A DNA stretch of 63,872 nt, filler included, from Folioceros fuciformis (lineage: Eukaryota), in the NCBI GenBank assembly GCA_049999805.1. It is 32 parts of 32 records of this genome, joined end to end, with 100 filler letters (N's around TTAATTAATTAA, not from the genome) between each part and the next. Parts side by side here need not be neighbours in the genome. Positions count along the whole stretch, not along the records: positions 12,058 to 14,294 come from JBNGIO010003819.1; positions 14,395 to 16,444 come from JBNGIO010003820.1; positions 16,545 to 18,058 come from JBNGIO010003821.1; positions 18,159 to 20,034 come from JBNGIO010003822.1; positions 20,135 to 21,267 come from JBNGIO010003823.1; positions 21,368 to 22,478 come from JBNGIO010003824.1; positions 22,579 to 24,738 come from JBNGIO010003825.1; 25 more parts are not named here. One strand, written 5' to 3'. Below are positions 11,958-24,838 of the stretch, one piece after another (the stretch's first letter is position 1; the number at the start of each line of letters is the position of its first letter). A program made the translations under genes and the position numbers. The notes under the pieces were generated by a model. The model ran no database searches and had not been told where the DNA came from. It saw nothing but the letters and a program-made list of their open reading frames with translations.

Positions 11958-12057
11958 NNNNNNNNNNNNNNNNNNNNNNNNNNNNNNNNNNNNNNNNNNN
12001 NTTAATTAATTAANNNNNNNNNNNNNNNNNNNNNNNNNNNNNNNNNNNNNNNNNNNN
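11958..12057. other. Artificial scaffold-joining linker (44N-TTAATTAATTAA-44N); first of 31
   Basis: The identical 100-bp linker has its 12-mer at 12002, 14339, 16489, 18103, 20079, 21312, 22523, 24783, 26093, 27561, 28993, 30221, 31443, 32655, 33851, 35082, 36493, 38384, 40642, 42422, 44611, 46912, 48323, 50269, 51615, 52859, 55417, 56950, 59496, 61005, 62774. TTAATTAATTAA places stops in all six frames. Confidence 0.98.
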
Positions 12058-12180
12058 CACCGTGGCGGCGAGCACCGTGGCGGCGAGCACCGTGGCGGCG
12101 AGCATCGAGGTGGAGAACATAGAGGCGGAGAGCATCGAGGTGGCGAGCATGGCCATGAAGACGGTGGCGGCAGGAACTGA
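12058..12180 (+). CDS. 3' end of a protein with (HRGGE)x6 tail: HRGGEx6-HGHEDGGGRN*
   Basis: The frame from CAC at 12058 is open to TGA at 12180. The repeat units differ only at synonymous positions (CGT/CGA/AGA, GGC/GGT/GGA, GAG/GAA, CAC/CAT). Confidence 0.75.
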   Translation, partial: HRGGEHRGGEHRGGEHRGGEHRGGEHRGGEHGHEDGGGRN

Positions 12181-13454
12181 GGGACAAAGAATGCGCAAGT
12201 CCTTGTCGAGGTAATTGTGTCAACGAAAGCATCGGATTCTCCACAGACAGCTAGAATGATGACATCGTGTTGTATCTCAAAAAATCTTCTGGTGGGTTGC
12301 TGAAGGGTGGGTAACGACAGGCAAGGGCGATTTGTCCGAACATGAGCTGCAACACGGGTGTCCGAAGGCTCATGCGGACCGCAGCGATGTGTACATCAGA
12401 CTTCAAGCAGTTGAGATGTAGATTTGTATGTAAAACTGGAAGCAGTTGAGATGTAAACTCGGCTGGCTTGCAGCCTTGCAAGCCAGCGGGTATGTACGTG
12501 TGTGCGTGTGTGAGTTTGGTTTGCCACGACCCGTTGCTTAAGATGGATTAGATCTGAGGGACTCCGGATGCAAATTGTTTCGAACTACTGGTGTCGCGAT
12601 CTGGTGTACCGAGAGCACGAGGGATCATGGCTTTGCTCTGGTTCTGCCTCTTTTATGTACAAATGCTTGTTGCAAAGTTTGTGATCTTGCTTTCCGTCGT
12701 GAAAGGACTAGAAGCATTTGTATGCAATGTCAAATCCAACTTCATATCTTTTGTCCAACTTCACGGTCGAGACGAAGCTGGAGATTTTGACACTGTGATC
12801 GTTTAAGATGGACGAACTCTTCCAGCAACAAGCCTTGTGTAAACATGTGGGAAGACCTGAGCAAGGAACTAGTTCTGAAGAAAAATCGAAATCACTTTCA
12901 TCTGGCTCTCGAATATGCCGGTGGAAGCGGTCGAATATCCCTGAGAGAAGAAATTTTGATGTGAACTAGTCAGATCATGTCTAGTTCTCTGTCTAAGTTG
13001 TAGAGTAGTATAACGGNNNNNNNNNNNNNNNNNNNNNNNNNNNNNNNNNNNNNNNNNNNNNNNNNNNNNNNNNNNNNNNNNNNNNNNNNNNNNNNNNNNN
13101 NNNNNNNNNNNNNNNNATAACGGACCATATCACACTCGAGTCTCTCTCCAGTTAACATATCCAGCGTGTAGGGAAAGGAAAAGAAATAAAATACAAGAAG
13201 ATAGCACAGAGACTGCCAGTTTCGTTTCCGATATTTCCATTTCCATCTTTATTTTTGTAAATACACTCTCGTGGCCCATCACCCAGCAAACCCTTTGTTC
13301 TGGCCAGGAGAAGGGCCACGAGGAAGACGTCGCAAACCTGTGGACCAGATGCGATTTGGAAGCACGCCAGCTTGCTGCGGCTGGAGCCAGGATCGAAGGA
13401 CTGTGGCTGTAATCTTACGCGGGCAGCTGTTTAGAATCCGATTCAGGCGTCTCG

Positions 13455-14294
13455 TCACAGCTCGGCCCACGATTGGGTTTGGGGCGACGCACGGATCGAA
13501 TTATCCCACGTAGTATCAAGCCAGTCCAGCATCTCGGTAGACTTCAAACTGGTGCAGGCATGAAAAGCGAAAGCCACGCTTAGCTCCATGGCAACCGACG
13601 CTTCCACCCATGCCCAATCCGAATTGCCCACCGGCTCCGGTTGCAGATGCAGAGACTCCACTAGGGCGGGGAAGTCCCACGGCCCTACCACCCGCTGGTC
13701 TGCAAATTCTGTCTCCCAAGTCCCTGGCTCAGGTGGCCTCAGAAAACCATCGGAATCCAGATACTCGTGCGCAAGCAGAGCCTGGTACACGGCCGCTGAA
13801 ACAGGGGCTTCCAGTCCCACGATCCGCTCTGCGAAAAAGGTGTGGTTGATGCGGAGCGGGTCGCACACAATGGCCTCCACTGGGATGCCCTTGGCACCGA
13901 GCCCTTGCATGTGACCCATCATTTCCTCGTCACTCTCTACGTCCCGGGGCATCTGCAGCCGAGCAGAGACGTTCCAACACTCGTCAGCCCATGTCCGTCA
14001 GAAAGGTGGATGCAACCACAACAAGGCAAGGCGCGGCGCTGGTGATGCTCGAGGGGCAATGCGGCAAGCCTTGAACGGGCCGATTCTGCTCACGATCACG
14101 CAACACTTACACGGATGTAGAAAACGGGAGGATAGGAGGCGGCCTGCGCGGCTTCCACGGCGGAATCCTGCCCTATGGACACCATAAAGAGCATGCCAGT
14201 GATATGCAGGTCCGAGGCGAGCGCCAGAACGCTGGCGAAGCTCCCGCCGTGCGAAACCCCCATCACCGTGAGCGGGAGGTGTTGCAGCCGTTGC
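13455..14294 (-). CDS. Alpha/beta-hydrolase fold protein, last two exons
   Basis: The upstream exon (14294-~14110) reads LPLTVMGVSHGGSFAS (GxSxG nucleophile elbow)..YPPVFYIR, followed by a GTAAG..CTGCAG intron. The last exon has MPRD (candidate Asp) and AFAFHAC (candidate His). Confidence 0.75.
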
Positions 14295-14547
14295 NNNNNN
14301 NNNNNNNNNNNNNNNNNNNNNNNNNNNNNNNNNNNNNNTTAATTAATTAANNNNNNNNNNNNNNNNNNNNNNNNNNNNNNNNNNNNNNNNNNNNGAGGGA
14401 CATCTTAATGATAAATTTGCAGTCACTGTGACAGTTGTGTCTTGTTGACATAAGTAAGTTCGATAATGTCTCGGAAGGCCCTTTGTTTTAGGGGATGGTG
14501 CACATTTAAGCTAACTTTTTCATGCTTTTTTGTTTTGGCCTTCCTAG

Positions 14548-15860
14548 GTGTTCATCAATCCGCGGCTCAGTTGCGAGCAAAGACTCTTTCTGATGGTACT
14601 ATTCCTTTCCAAGATGATGTGACTGTTGAGCTGCGTCTGTTTCCTGTATATTTTCCTGGCTAATGTGTATGATATGTTTGGGATCGAACTTGCAGTCCAT
14701 AACATCTAGAGCCCTGGGTCAATTACTATGGCAGCGTTCTTTGGACCCAAGAGTCTTGAGGTGTGTTTTTTTCTGCATGGCTGTAGCTTCTTGGTGCTGG
14801 ATATTGTGTACAGGCTCAGAGTGTGGCTAATCTTAGTGCTGTCTTGGTGATGTAGAGGGATTGTGGCGCTTGCTTGCCCGAATCAAGACACAGGCTTGCT
14901 GTTTGGATATCTGGTAAGTCTGGTGGAAGTCTGACATTGCAAATGTGTTATGGGCTTTGGGCGGCAAGTACGTGCTAACTTGACAAGCATCTGCCTTGTG
15001 ACAACTACCAGTAGCACCTCCGAGCTTGCTGGCCTCACACGTACGTTTAACTGTGATGTGCAGATGGAAGTGTTTGCCGGCTTGGTTTCCAACAGCCACC
15101 TTCAGGATCCTTCTGACGTGGAGTGTGCCACTGGTGATTCAATTGTGGCTGTTTCGTGCTCCACTCAGGTTCTGTCACCGCCTTCGTGGATGCATTTGCC
15201 GCTCTAACNNNNNNNNNNNNNNNNNNNNNNNNNNNNNNNNNNNNNNNNNNNNNNNNNNNNNNNNNNNNNNNNNNNNNNNNNNNNNNNNNNNNNNNNNNNN
15301 NNNNNNNNAGTTTCTGAAGTCATCATGCCCTGTATGGGAACAGATGGCGGAGGAGATCAAAGTTACACACACGTTGTGTCAAAATTTCTGTATAGAAGAG
15401 GTGTATGTTGCAGCTATGCCTTGCCAGGTTGGTAATGCCTTTCCACCAGAATTAGCTTCTTTCAGTGGCATTTTCCTGCTTCATGTGCCGGGAAATGGGA
15501 TCTATTGGATGACATTTCTTTTCTGAATGAATTCAGGTGAGGAAGGCGGTCCTTGGAGCCCTAGCAGGTGTTGAAGATCTGAGTGACCTTGGCTGTGGGG
15601 ATTTGGACAAGAGTTCTTCATATTGCACACCGATTTGCTGCATAACGCTGGAACCGTTGCTTTGCCCGGTGGGTACATATTCCGCTACTTCCTCTCCGAC
15701 GCTTCTTGAGGCCTTCGCTGAAAACGCTGAGCCTCTGTTTTCTGTTGTTTCCAGAACGGAGCTGTTACCTGTGATGTGGTTGCTGTGATTCAAAGAAGTC
15801 AGAAAATCCGCAAGGAACATGCTGTAAGTCCTTCGGTCCTACCACTCGCCCCTGGGGTTT
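14548..15860 (+). CDS. Internal exons of an unidentified multi-exon gene
   Basis: Short open segments flanked by (T/C)AG and GT sites (GVHQSAAQLRAKT.., FLKSSCPVWEQMAEEIK.., VRKAVLGALAGVEDL..). No family recognised. Confidence 0.35.
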
Positions 15861-16348
15861 GTATAGCACCCCCTTCCCGTCCTCTGCAAAAACTCGTGCC
15901 CCATCTTCAACATTCATTCTGTCTAGATTTGCACTGGACTTCTAACAGGCCGTTTCTGTGTTGACAGTTTCTGTACAGGGGCAGAGCTTTGTTTGCCTGG
16001 CTGGGGACATCAACAATGCCGATGCATCCCGAAACTCGGTCTCTAGTCCGGCCCACAGACATCTATCGATTATCATGATTCACTGCTTCGTTTGAAAGCA
16101 CCATTTCCTAGAATGCTGCATATTCAGAAGCTTTGTTGTACAATAGTAGTTTCAGCCATGGCTTCTAGTATCCAGGCAGGAGCAGTATTTGCAAACCATG
16201 AAATCACTATTTGGAAATTGAGCTCACGAGACACTTCTCTTGAATCCTTGCCCTGCTCTTGGCGTACCAGCACGGTTGGGACGGTCCTGAGTACAGTCAA
16301 ACCCTTTAAATTGGACGCCCGGGCTTACTCCCTCTAATTTGTAAATGG

Positions 16349-16444
16349 TAACATGTCTTCCAATGGGAACATGTCTTCCCTCTCATTTGTAAACGGTAAC
16401 ATGTCTTCCAATGGGAACATGTCTTCCAATGGGAACATGTCTTC
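16349..16444. repeat. 18-bp tandem repeat AACATGTCTTCCAATGGG
   Basis: About 5 copies of the core, running into the scaffold end. Confidence 0.85.
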
Positions 16445-19400
16445 NNNNNNNNNNNNNNNNNNNNNNNNNNNNNNNNNNNNNNNNNNNNTTAATTAATTAA
16501 NNNNNNNNNNNNNNNNNNNNNNNNNNNNNNNNNNNNNNNNNNNNGTGTCGGGCCATGACAACATCCATCCGACACACAGGTCAGGGGGCCACGCGTCCTC
16601 TGCATTTGACAGCCAGGTGCAGGGCGCGCCAAGTGGGAAGTGTCCCGACGCGGCAGGTGGTGGGTCTGCTCATCGTCCCTCTCTACAGCAGCAGGTAGGT
16701 GGTACACTGATGGCCGCTGGGTAGTTGCAGGACGGAACCGCGTAAACGGAAGGCAAGGGGAAGGGGAAGGGGTAAGCAGAAGCGGAACGGGAGTGGTGTA
16801 ACTTGCCAACACGCACACAGCCAGCACAGACATGCGTATGGATGTGTGATCTATGTAGATATGCGGCCCACTCGAGCAATAGGTGGGCTGGTCCAGCGCG
16901 CGCTGGCTGCCTCGCCATTGCCCGCTCATCAGCTGGCTGGGGTCTGGGCCCGCTGGGTTGTTTAGCATCAAGTCAAGCCGTGTACAAAATCAAATATGTG
17001 CATACACGCACACATGTAGGCGGTGAGAGGGGATGCGATCCACATGTGTTCGTTGCGATCCGCCACACGCCACAGGTGTCGCCGAAACAGCAGCAACAAC
17101 GCCAGCAGATCCAGGGGGCCAAGTTGCCAGCTAACTGTGACGGACGTCGGCTGCCCCAGCTCGACCGTGGACGGCGGTCCCAAACGGCATGCCACGTGGG
17201 CCGTCCGTGTTGCGGCTGTCGGGGATTACATAAGCATAACTTCCGCACTCGGTCGTCTCGTCTCGTCGTCGTCTCGTGTGGTCGAACCTGCCACTGTTGT
17301 TAGACCTGCACNNNNNNNNNNNNNNNNNNNNNNNNNNNNNNNNNNNNNNNNNNNNNNNNNNNNNNNNNNNNNNNNNNNNNNNNNNNNNNNNNNNNNNNNN
17401 NNNNNNNNNNNTGAAACGTTTGAATTCGAGGGAATCTCGCGAGAAGAAAACATTTGGTTAGGATTTTGAGTGAATCCGAGAGAACCAGACCTGGGAGAGG
17501 GTGTTCGTTACTAAGCAGCTGAGAAGAGGTGGTCACGTGCGGGCGCACCCCAGGTGCTTTAGAGGCTGAAGTGAATTGCGGCTCTACTTTCATGCGGTAT
17601 GTCGGTATCCTGAACTGGCCTGGACTGGCTTCATGCCTCCTGGGTGTGGGGACCGGTGAGTGTGTGTCGAGTGTTTAGGGCACGCGACAAGGGCCGAGCC
17701 GGCGAACCGAGGCGGGCGGCTCGGTTGGTGGTCCCACCCTATGATCTCAGGTGATGGTGAGCGAGCACAGTCTCTCTCTCCTCCACTGACTGTTTCGGCC
17801 TCGAGAGCCTGGGGCCCTGGGCTCGGGGCCTGGCCTGGCCTTGCCTCCTGGGTGTGCCAGAAGGAGGCGGTGGCTGCTGGCACCGGCTGGGCGCTGCCTA
17901 TAAGGCCACAGCCTCAAGCTACACCTGCCTACTCAGTTGCGCTCGCTCCGGAGCCTGCAGCAACGAGCTCTCTGCACCTGTCCCTGCCCTGCCCTCGCCC
18001 GCCTCTCTCGCCCCGCTTCCCCTGCCCTCAGCCTTGCCTTGCCTTGTTCCTCCGCTCTNNNNNNNNNNNNNNNNNNNNNNNNNNNNNNNNNNNNNNNNNN
18101 NNTTAATTAATTAANNNNNNNNNNNNNNNNNNNNNNNNNNNNNNNNNNNNNNNNNNNNGCTCTCTTGCAGTTAAGTGAGTATGCTTAAGAAAGTTTTCTT
18201 GATTGAAAATGAAGTTTTCAAGTGTGAGTGCGTCGGTCTACTAGTGCACTTCTACAATTAAGTGAGTATATGTAAGAAAATTTTCTTGAATGAAAATGAA
18301 GGAATAAAATTTTCAAGTAGATTATAGACCGACGCACTTCTACAGTTAAGTGGGAATGTTAAAGAAGGATTTCTTGATTAAAAATAGAGGTCCTAAGTTA
18401 ATAGGAGTAGAAGTCAAACCCAACACCTCCCATATTGGAAACATAGTGCCAACCACTACACCATTCCCCATTCTTATATTGCTTAATGTTATTAATAAGC
18501 TATATTAATGCTAAAAAAAATGCATGGGCCTAGGTGAGAGTGGCACACTGAATGGCACTCCTAACAAAGGGAGTGTACCATACGGAACAAGGATTGGAGC
18601 ACCATCTACACCTAGTCCTCCCGCAAAAGTGTAACATCGCGTGATAAACCAAAACAAAAAGTGTTACAAAACCATGACAAACTATGAAACAAAACTGCTC
18701 CTATTCTAGTAGTGAGCTTTTGGTGCTCTTCCCACAAGTTATCCTTAATATAATTAGTTATCATATTCTTCACTTTTGAAAGTTGTTGGCGGTCTTCAAC
18801 AAATCATCTGAAATGTAGTTACTCTCTAAAAAATAATTACTCTTTGAAAAATAATTATTCTTTAGTTTTGATAGCTTTTGCTTTTCTTCCAACGAATCCT
18901 CCGAAATGCTGTTANNNNNNNNNNNNNNNNNNNNNNNNNNNNNNNNNNNNNNNNNNNNNNNNNNNNNNNNNNNNNNNNNNNNNNNNNNNNNNNNNNNNNN
19001 NNNNNNNNNNNNNNCTTCTCCATTGTAAAATATATATTTTTAAAATTTATAAAGAAAGAATAAGTTCTTTTGAAAGAGTTTGGTCAAAAAGAAGTATAGC
19101 AAAAAAGAATCTTCTTCAAGTTCACCAACGATAAGGTTTTGTTGTGGGGTTAAAATAAAATCAGTGGAAAGGTCATATGATATAATATGCTAATGAGCAC
19201 AAGGTTTTGAAACATTAATCCAAAACCATAGATATATTCAGGAGCTCCCTAAGCGACATGAAAGAAAACAAACAATTGATTGATATATCTATAAAGTAGA
19301 GTAAAACAAAAATAGCCAAAGCATGCAGAAATCATCACAAGCTTAGATAACCTCAATGATATAGCAATCTTCACCCTAGAAAGTAGGAGAGACTCTATAT

Positions 19401-21098
19401 ATAGGTTAAGAAGAATATATATGGTTTAAGCTTTAGACTTTAGGGTTTATGGTTTACCAATATAGTTCGAAAATATAGACCATAATGTCTTTATGTAGTA
19501 GTAGGTGTTAACACATGTAAAGAGCCTTATTACCATTCAACCTAGAGCCTATGTATCTGTATCCACTCTCACTTCAATTTTAAAAAGAACCTTTCTAAAG
19601 GGGGCAATAACATATCTTAAGAGTATAAAAAAACCATAAAGGGAAAGCGATTCAAAAGGCTAGGAAGGCTACTTCTCAAATTCCAATGGTGGGGAGTGGT
19701 TTGGTCCCTATCATTGTTTTCCTTGTGGCAAAACTGGACAGCAATGGTATATGGTGGGAGTGAGCCGGCCGGAGGAAAGCTTTGCTATGGCGCATCTGGG
19801 AGCAGGTACTTGTGGTTGCAGAAAGTATTCGAACGTCCACTCACTCTAAGTTCAGGCAGAGAGAGTGGATACTTGTAGGCTTCCTCCGGCACAATGATTA
19901 ATGGGAGTACTTCTGCCCGTGGGGCAGATAAGTCTCATAAGGGTTGGGTGGCTCTTGATCATAGGGCAGTCCAGCTGTGCTCGCTTTTGCAGCTTAGATT
20001 TTGAGTCCAGGCTAAGGTATTCAGTTGCGGACGCNNNNNNNNNNNNNNNNNNNNNNNNNNNNNNNNNNNNNNNNNNNNTTAATTAATTAANNNNNNNNNN
20101 NNNNNNNNNNNNNNNNNNNNNNNNNNNNNNNNNNGCATTGCCAATTGCAATGGTAACAATGGAATTGTGTGTTTGAGAGGAACCCATTATGGGCCTCTCT
20201 AGTCTAGCAAAGGAAAACGTGTGTTGTAGAAGGAACTTTTGGAAGTAATTTCTGAAATTTTATGGGCATGCAATCTCCATTTGAAGTGTGTTGCAAACAA
20301 GTTTCTAAGAGAAACCCTTTCCTGGAATGGAAGACATAGATGAGTTTAAGGAAAATGAAGAAGATAAGCTTAAGGTTTCAACATTGTCCCAGATAACATA
20401 TGAGAATCATTGCCCATAGTGTCACAATGCTCTAAGGGGCTAGAGCCTTCCCACAATGGAGGTTTATTAACTCTTCTAACTCTTCTATCTGTCTCTATGC
20501 TTCCTACAAACACTACACTCCCAATAGATTCTATGGGACCTACACGACTCGTAGGACATGTGTATGAACCCTTAAAAGCTATAGGATACAGGATCTATGA
20601 AGAAAACCCATATGCAAAAGAAAGAATAAAAGGAAAAGGATTCAAACCAAGTGTTGTTGAGTATTTTAGAACATTAATGCCTTTAAATTGCATAAGACTT
20701 TTATATGTAGAGGGCTTTTAATGCTGCTCAATGGAAGTGGTAGCTTTCAAAAACCTATGCAGAGAAATGATTAAAGTTATTTTTGAGCTGACCTGAAAAT
20801 TAAATTTTAAAATTTCTTTCTCTTTTAAATATTTCTGAATTTATGGCATTTTATTTTTAACTAAAAAAACCTANNNNNNNNNNNNNNNNNNNNNNNNNNN
20901 NNNNNNNNNNNNNNNNNNNNNNNNNNNNNNNNNNNNNNNNNNNNNNNNNNNNNNNNNNNNNNNNNNNNNNNNNAATTAAGAAGGATGGCCTACGTCTGTG
21001 ATTGTTTACATTGAATAAAAGTTTTAATCTATCGTTGTACTATCTTCAATAAATGTACTTCGTATCTATCAAGTAGTTTTGATAGATTTGTGTATCCT

Positions 21099-21267
21099 AG
21101 TTATAGTTATAGTAATAGTTATAGTTATAGTTATAGTTATAGTTATAGTTATAGTTATAGTTATAGTTATAGTTATAGTTATAGTTATAGTTATAGTTAT
21201 AGTTATAGTTATAGTTATAGTTATAGTTATAGTTATAGTTATAGTTATAGTTATAGTTATAGTTATA
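21099..21267. repeat. (TTATAG)n microsatellite, ~28 units
   Basis: Read directly; one variant unit; terminates the scaffold. Confidence 0.97.
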
Positions 21268-24200
21268 NNNNNNNNNNNNNNNNNNNNNNNNNNNNNNNNN
21301 NNNNNNNNNNNTTAATTAATTAANNNNNNNNNNNNNNNNNNNNNNNNNNNNNNNNNNNNNNNNNNNNGAAGCACTCTTTGTTGGTCCTTGCTGCTGCCGC
21401 TTTTGTAGTCGTTGCTCTCTGCGCTTCTCCTTGCTGCCTTCCTTCCTTCCTTTCCCCTCGCCGTCCACTGCAGCTGCCTGCTCCTCTTATTCTTCTTCTC
21501 CTTCTCCTTCTCCTCTAGTGTTGCCTCTCGGGCTGATGCGCCGTTGGCCTCAGTCTCTGCCGGCAGCCAGCAGCCTACATGCTCCTCACACGCAGCAGAA
21601 GCGGAGGAGCCATCTCCCGCAGACGGCAGCAACGACAACGGCGTTCTCCACTCCTACAGCAACGAGGAGGTGTAGCACAGGAGAAACAGCGGGCAGGAGG
21701 AGGAGGTGCGCCAATTGACTCATCAGCCCCTCCCCCGCCCCCGCTCCCGCTGCGCCTCCGGTGCCTGCCTGGCCCTCCCTCCTTCCATGGCAGTGGCGGA
21801 TTCTGTGCTTGTCTTCCCCGCGGTCACAGATTGGAATTCCAGTGGCCAGGCAGGTGCCATCTTCCGTCCTCGCTTCCTGCCTGCGTGCCTGCTCCCAGTG
21901 CGGTAGTTTGCTCTAGCTAGCTTAGCTTTGCTTGTTACTATACTTTACTTACCGGGTTGGAGGCTTCACCTTGCTTGCGAGTGCTCTCAAGTCTGGAGAT
22001 GAACTGGTTTGCTTGCTGCAACGCCAGCTGCCTAAAATCGTTCTCCTTGCTTCTTCCTTTCGTGTATGCAGGAGAGCCAGCGCGCCTGGTCCAATGCTGT
22101 GTCGCNNNNNNNNNNNNNNNNNNNNNNNNNNNNNNNNNNNNNNNNNNNNNNNNNNNNNNNNNNNNNNNNNNNNNNNNNNNNNNNNNNNNNNNNNNNNNNN
22201 NNNNNGCAATCCTAAGGCTGTTGCCGCTGCAGCTGCCGGCGCCGGAGCCGCGCCCGGAGCTCTCAATCTGACGCCCAAGCCATGTGATGTCACGCTGCGC
22301 CTGAGTTGCAACAGCGATGGGGACAGCTCATCCGACAGCGATGACCGCAGCCCCAAAAACATGGCCTCTCCTACCTCCACTTCCCACTCGATTCCCATGC
22401 CCGCTCACCAATTGGAGGCTGTGTCCAGCCGGGCCTCCAGGTTGGAGCTGGAGGAGAGGCAGGCAGCTGCTGCTGCGGNNNNNNNNNNNNNNNNNNNNNN
22501 NNNNNNNNNNNNNNNNNNNNNNTTAATTAATTAANNNNNNNNNNNNNNNNNNNNNNNNNNNNNNNNNNNNNNNNNNNNAAAATACACATTAAAGATGTAG
22601 TTTTTAGCACATGGAATAGAAAGTCATTTTCCAATAGAAAAAAAAAATCTAAAAGCCATTTGTCTTAAAAACTAGGATTTCTATTTGCCACTTTTTTCAC
22701 TTTGGTTGGAGGCTCAAAGCCATTTTCTTTGAAAAATGCCCCTTTCCTTCCATGTTTTGGGGGCAAAACTGTAATGAAAAAGTGGCTTTGCCGAGGTTTG
22801 GACCACCCATCTTGCCCAGGCATGCGCTTCACCGGTGCGAGACCATCGGCTACTGCCCTTCTATCTCCCGGTTTATATATGCGAGGATGTATTGCTACTT
22901 GAGATATACATTTGAATGCAAAAATCAAATTACTTACCTCTTCAATGGCAAAGCGAACTTTCCGTGCTCGTTTCGGTCAAGAGGCCAAGAAGCAAAGTCA
23001 CGAAGCCTATGTGCTCGCTTGGGTCAAGAGACCAAGAGGCAACGTCACTAAGCATCCGTACTCACTCTGGTCAGGAGGCCACGAGGCATCGCGTGCAATA
23101 CTTTGAGAACGAGAGAAACTGGGTTTCGGGTGCGATTGGCAAGGGTGTATTGTTTTTTTTTTCTGGATTCCAGCCGTTTTCTCATCACCTCAGTTGCAGA
23201 TATTAGTCCATTATCTAATCCATACACTTGCATACCTAATCCACACAAGATCTGAGGGTTATCCATCATCATGTTGTGATCATTGTCCTTATGGTGCAGT
23301 GTGACAANNNNNNNNNNNNNNNNNNNNNNNNNNNNNNNNNNNNNNNNNNNNNNNNNNNNNNNNNNNNNNNNNNNNNNNNNNNNNNNNNNNNNNNNNNNNN
23401 NNNNNNNGTGTGACAAGATTGTTTTGTATGAGGCCTGCCCTAGTTATAATTTGAAGTTGTATGCATTTGACAATTGTGGTTATTGTGAGGAGCATCCAGT
23501 GTTCAGGAATTTGAGCTTGTGACTATGTTTGACAGTAGAAGATGCAACATGTGAGGCATGAGTTGTGGCCTTTGAACCAGCAAGGGATTTTTTGTCTATG
23601 TCACCAATTTAGTATCGTACATTGCAAATGAACAAGGAAAGTGGTGAGTTGTTGGACAAGCTAGTTAGGAAACTTTGGAGGTGTTCCTTTAGCATTATAT
23701 CTCATAGGAATGGTGGACCACCATACATTAGGGTGGATAGAGCTGAGGCAAAAGTGTGACAATAGTTGTTTCTTAGTGAGGCATTATCTCCTAAGACACC
23801 TCTCAACTAGCTTATTCTCATGGAAGCTCCTTCTTATGAACCACTAGTAGCTTGCAAAAAACCAATTCAGCATCAAGATCAAATCAAGCTATAAGTAAGC
23901 TGGAGATAAATGTTCTATGTCCAACATTATTTCTGCTTGGTTTCACTTTTGAAGCCATTACTATAGCCTTACTTGTTTTAGGCATGTTGTGGGCTTTTAG
24001 CAAATGAAATGTTAGCTAATAAAACCTTTTCCAAATTGCATGTAGTATCACTTCTTTCATTAGCAATTCAAACAACAAGTTACAACTAATGTAGAAGCAC
24101 TCACGTGCCTTGGCTACCACCTTGTTGACTACTAGATGTCTAGTTTGAAAATGTTCGTTGCTGTTGCTTTGAAAGAAGAACTTGCTAGGCCTTAAAAAAT

Positions 24201-24519
24201 TCTATAGGAAGAGCACCATCTGCAATATACCCATGACTTGGGCTTTCCTAAAATGCTAGTTTTCTTTTTAAGTAGTTATCCTCCCATATGGATGCCTTCC
24301 GGAAAAGTAGATTGTTCATAGACATCTAACTTTTGTGCTCCTAGCTTTTCAGTTTTCCTAGTGGCTTGTTGCAACAAGCATGTAATATGCTTTTCCAAGT
24401 GCGGGCATTTGTTAATAATTATGCATATTTTCTTAAATAGTACTTCCAAAACTTCACTTCTTTGGCATTTATCAATTGCATTGAGTTGCACTTATGTTTT
24501 CACTCATGGTCTTTGGTAT

Positions 24520-24738
24520 TTTTTACCTATATATTCATGATATAATGTTTTTGCTGTAATATGACTGAGAATAAGGTTAGGAAGGCCTTTAAGCTTTTTG
24601 CAATGGAGCTCTTACGCTTGGGCCTAAAAGTCAAGATTTCAAAGTGTGAGATTTGGTCTCCATCTAGTATCATTCCATCTTTACAATTTCTGGAGGGGAA
24701 CATCAATTCTCCGTTGGGGATCCGCGTCCTAGGGATCC
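24520..24738 (+). mobile_element. Degenerate non-LTR retrotransposon reverse transcriptase fragment
   Basis: A YIHD-like decayed YxDD is followed by ..LRLGLKVKISKCEIWSPS....GIRVLGI, matching RT domains 5-7. Upstream sequence is stop-riddled. Confidence 0.65.
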
Positions 24739-24838
24739 NNNNNNNNNNNNNNNNNNNNNNNNNNNNNNNNNNNNNNNNNNNNTTAATTAATTAANNNNNN
24801 NNNNNNNNNNNNNNNNNNNNNNNNNNNNNNNNNNNNNN

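Noticed and set aside
16545-18058. Possible LTR start (TGTTAGA near 17297) and GC-rich ORFs
   Set aside because: No PBS, PPT, second LTR or coding motif is visible; the ORFs are low-complexity.
21079-21323. Poly-(IV) and poly-(YS) ORFs
   Set aside because: Translations of the (TTATAG)n microsatellite.
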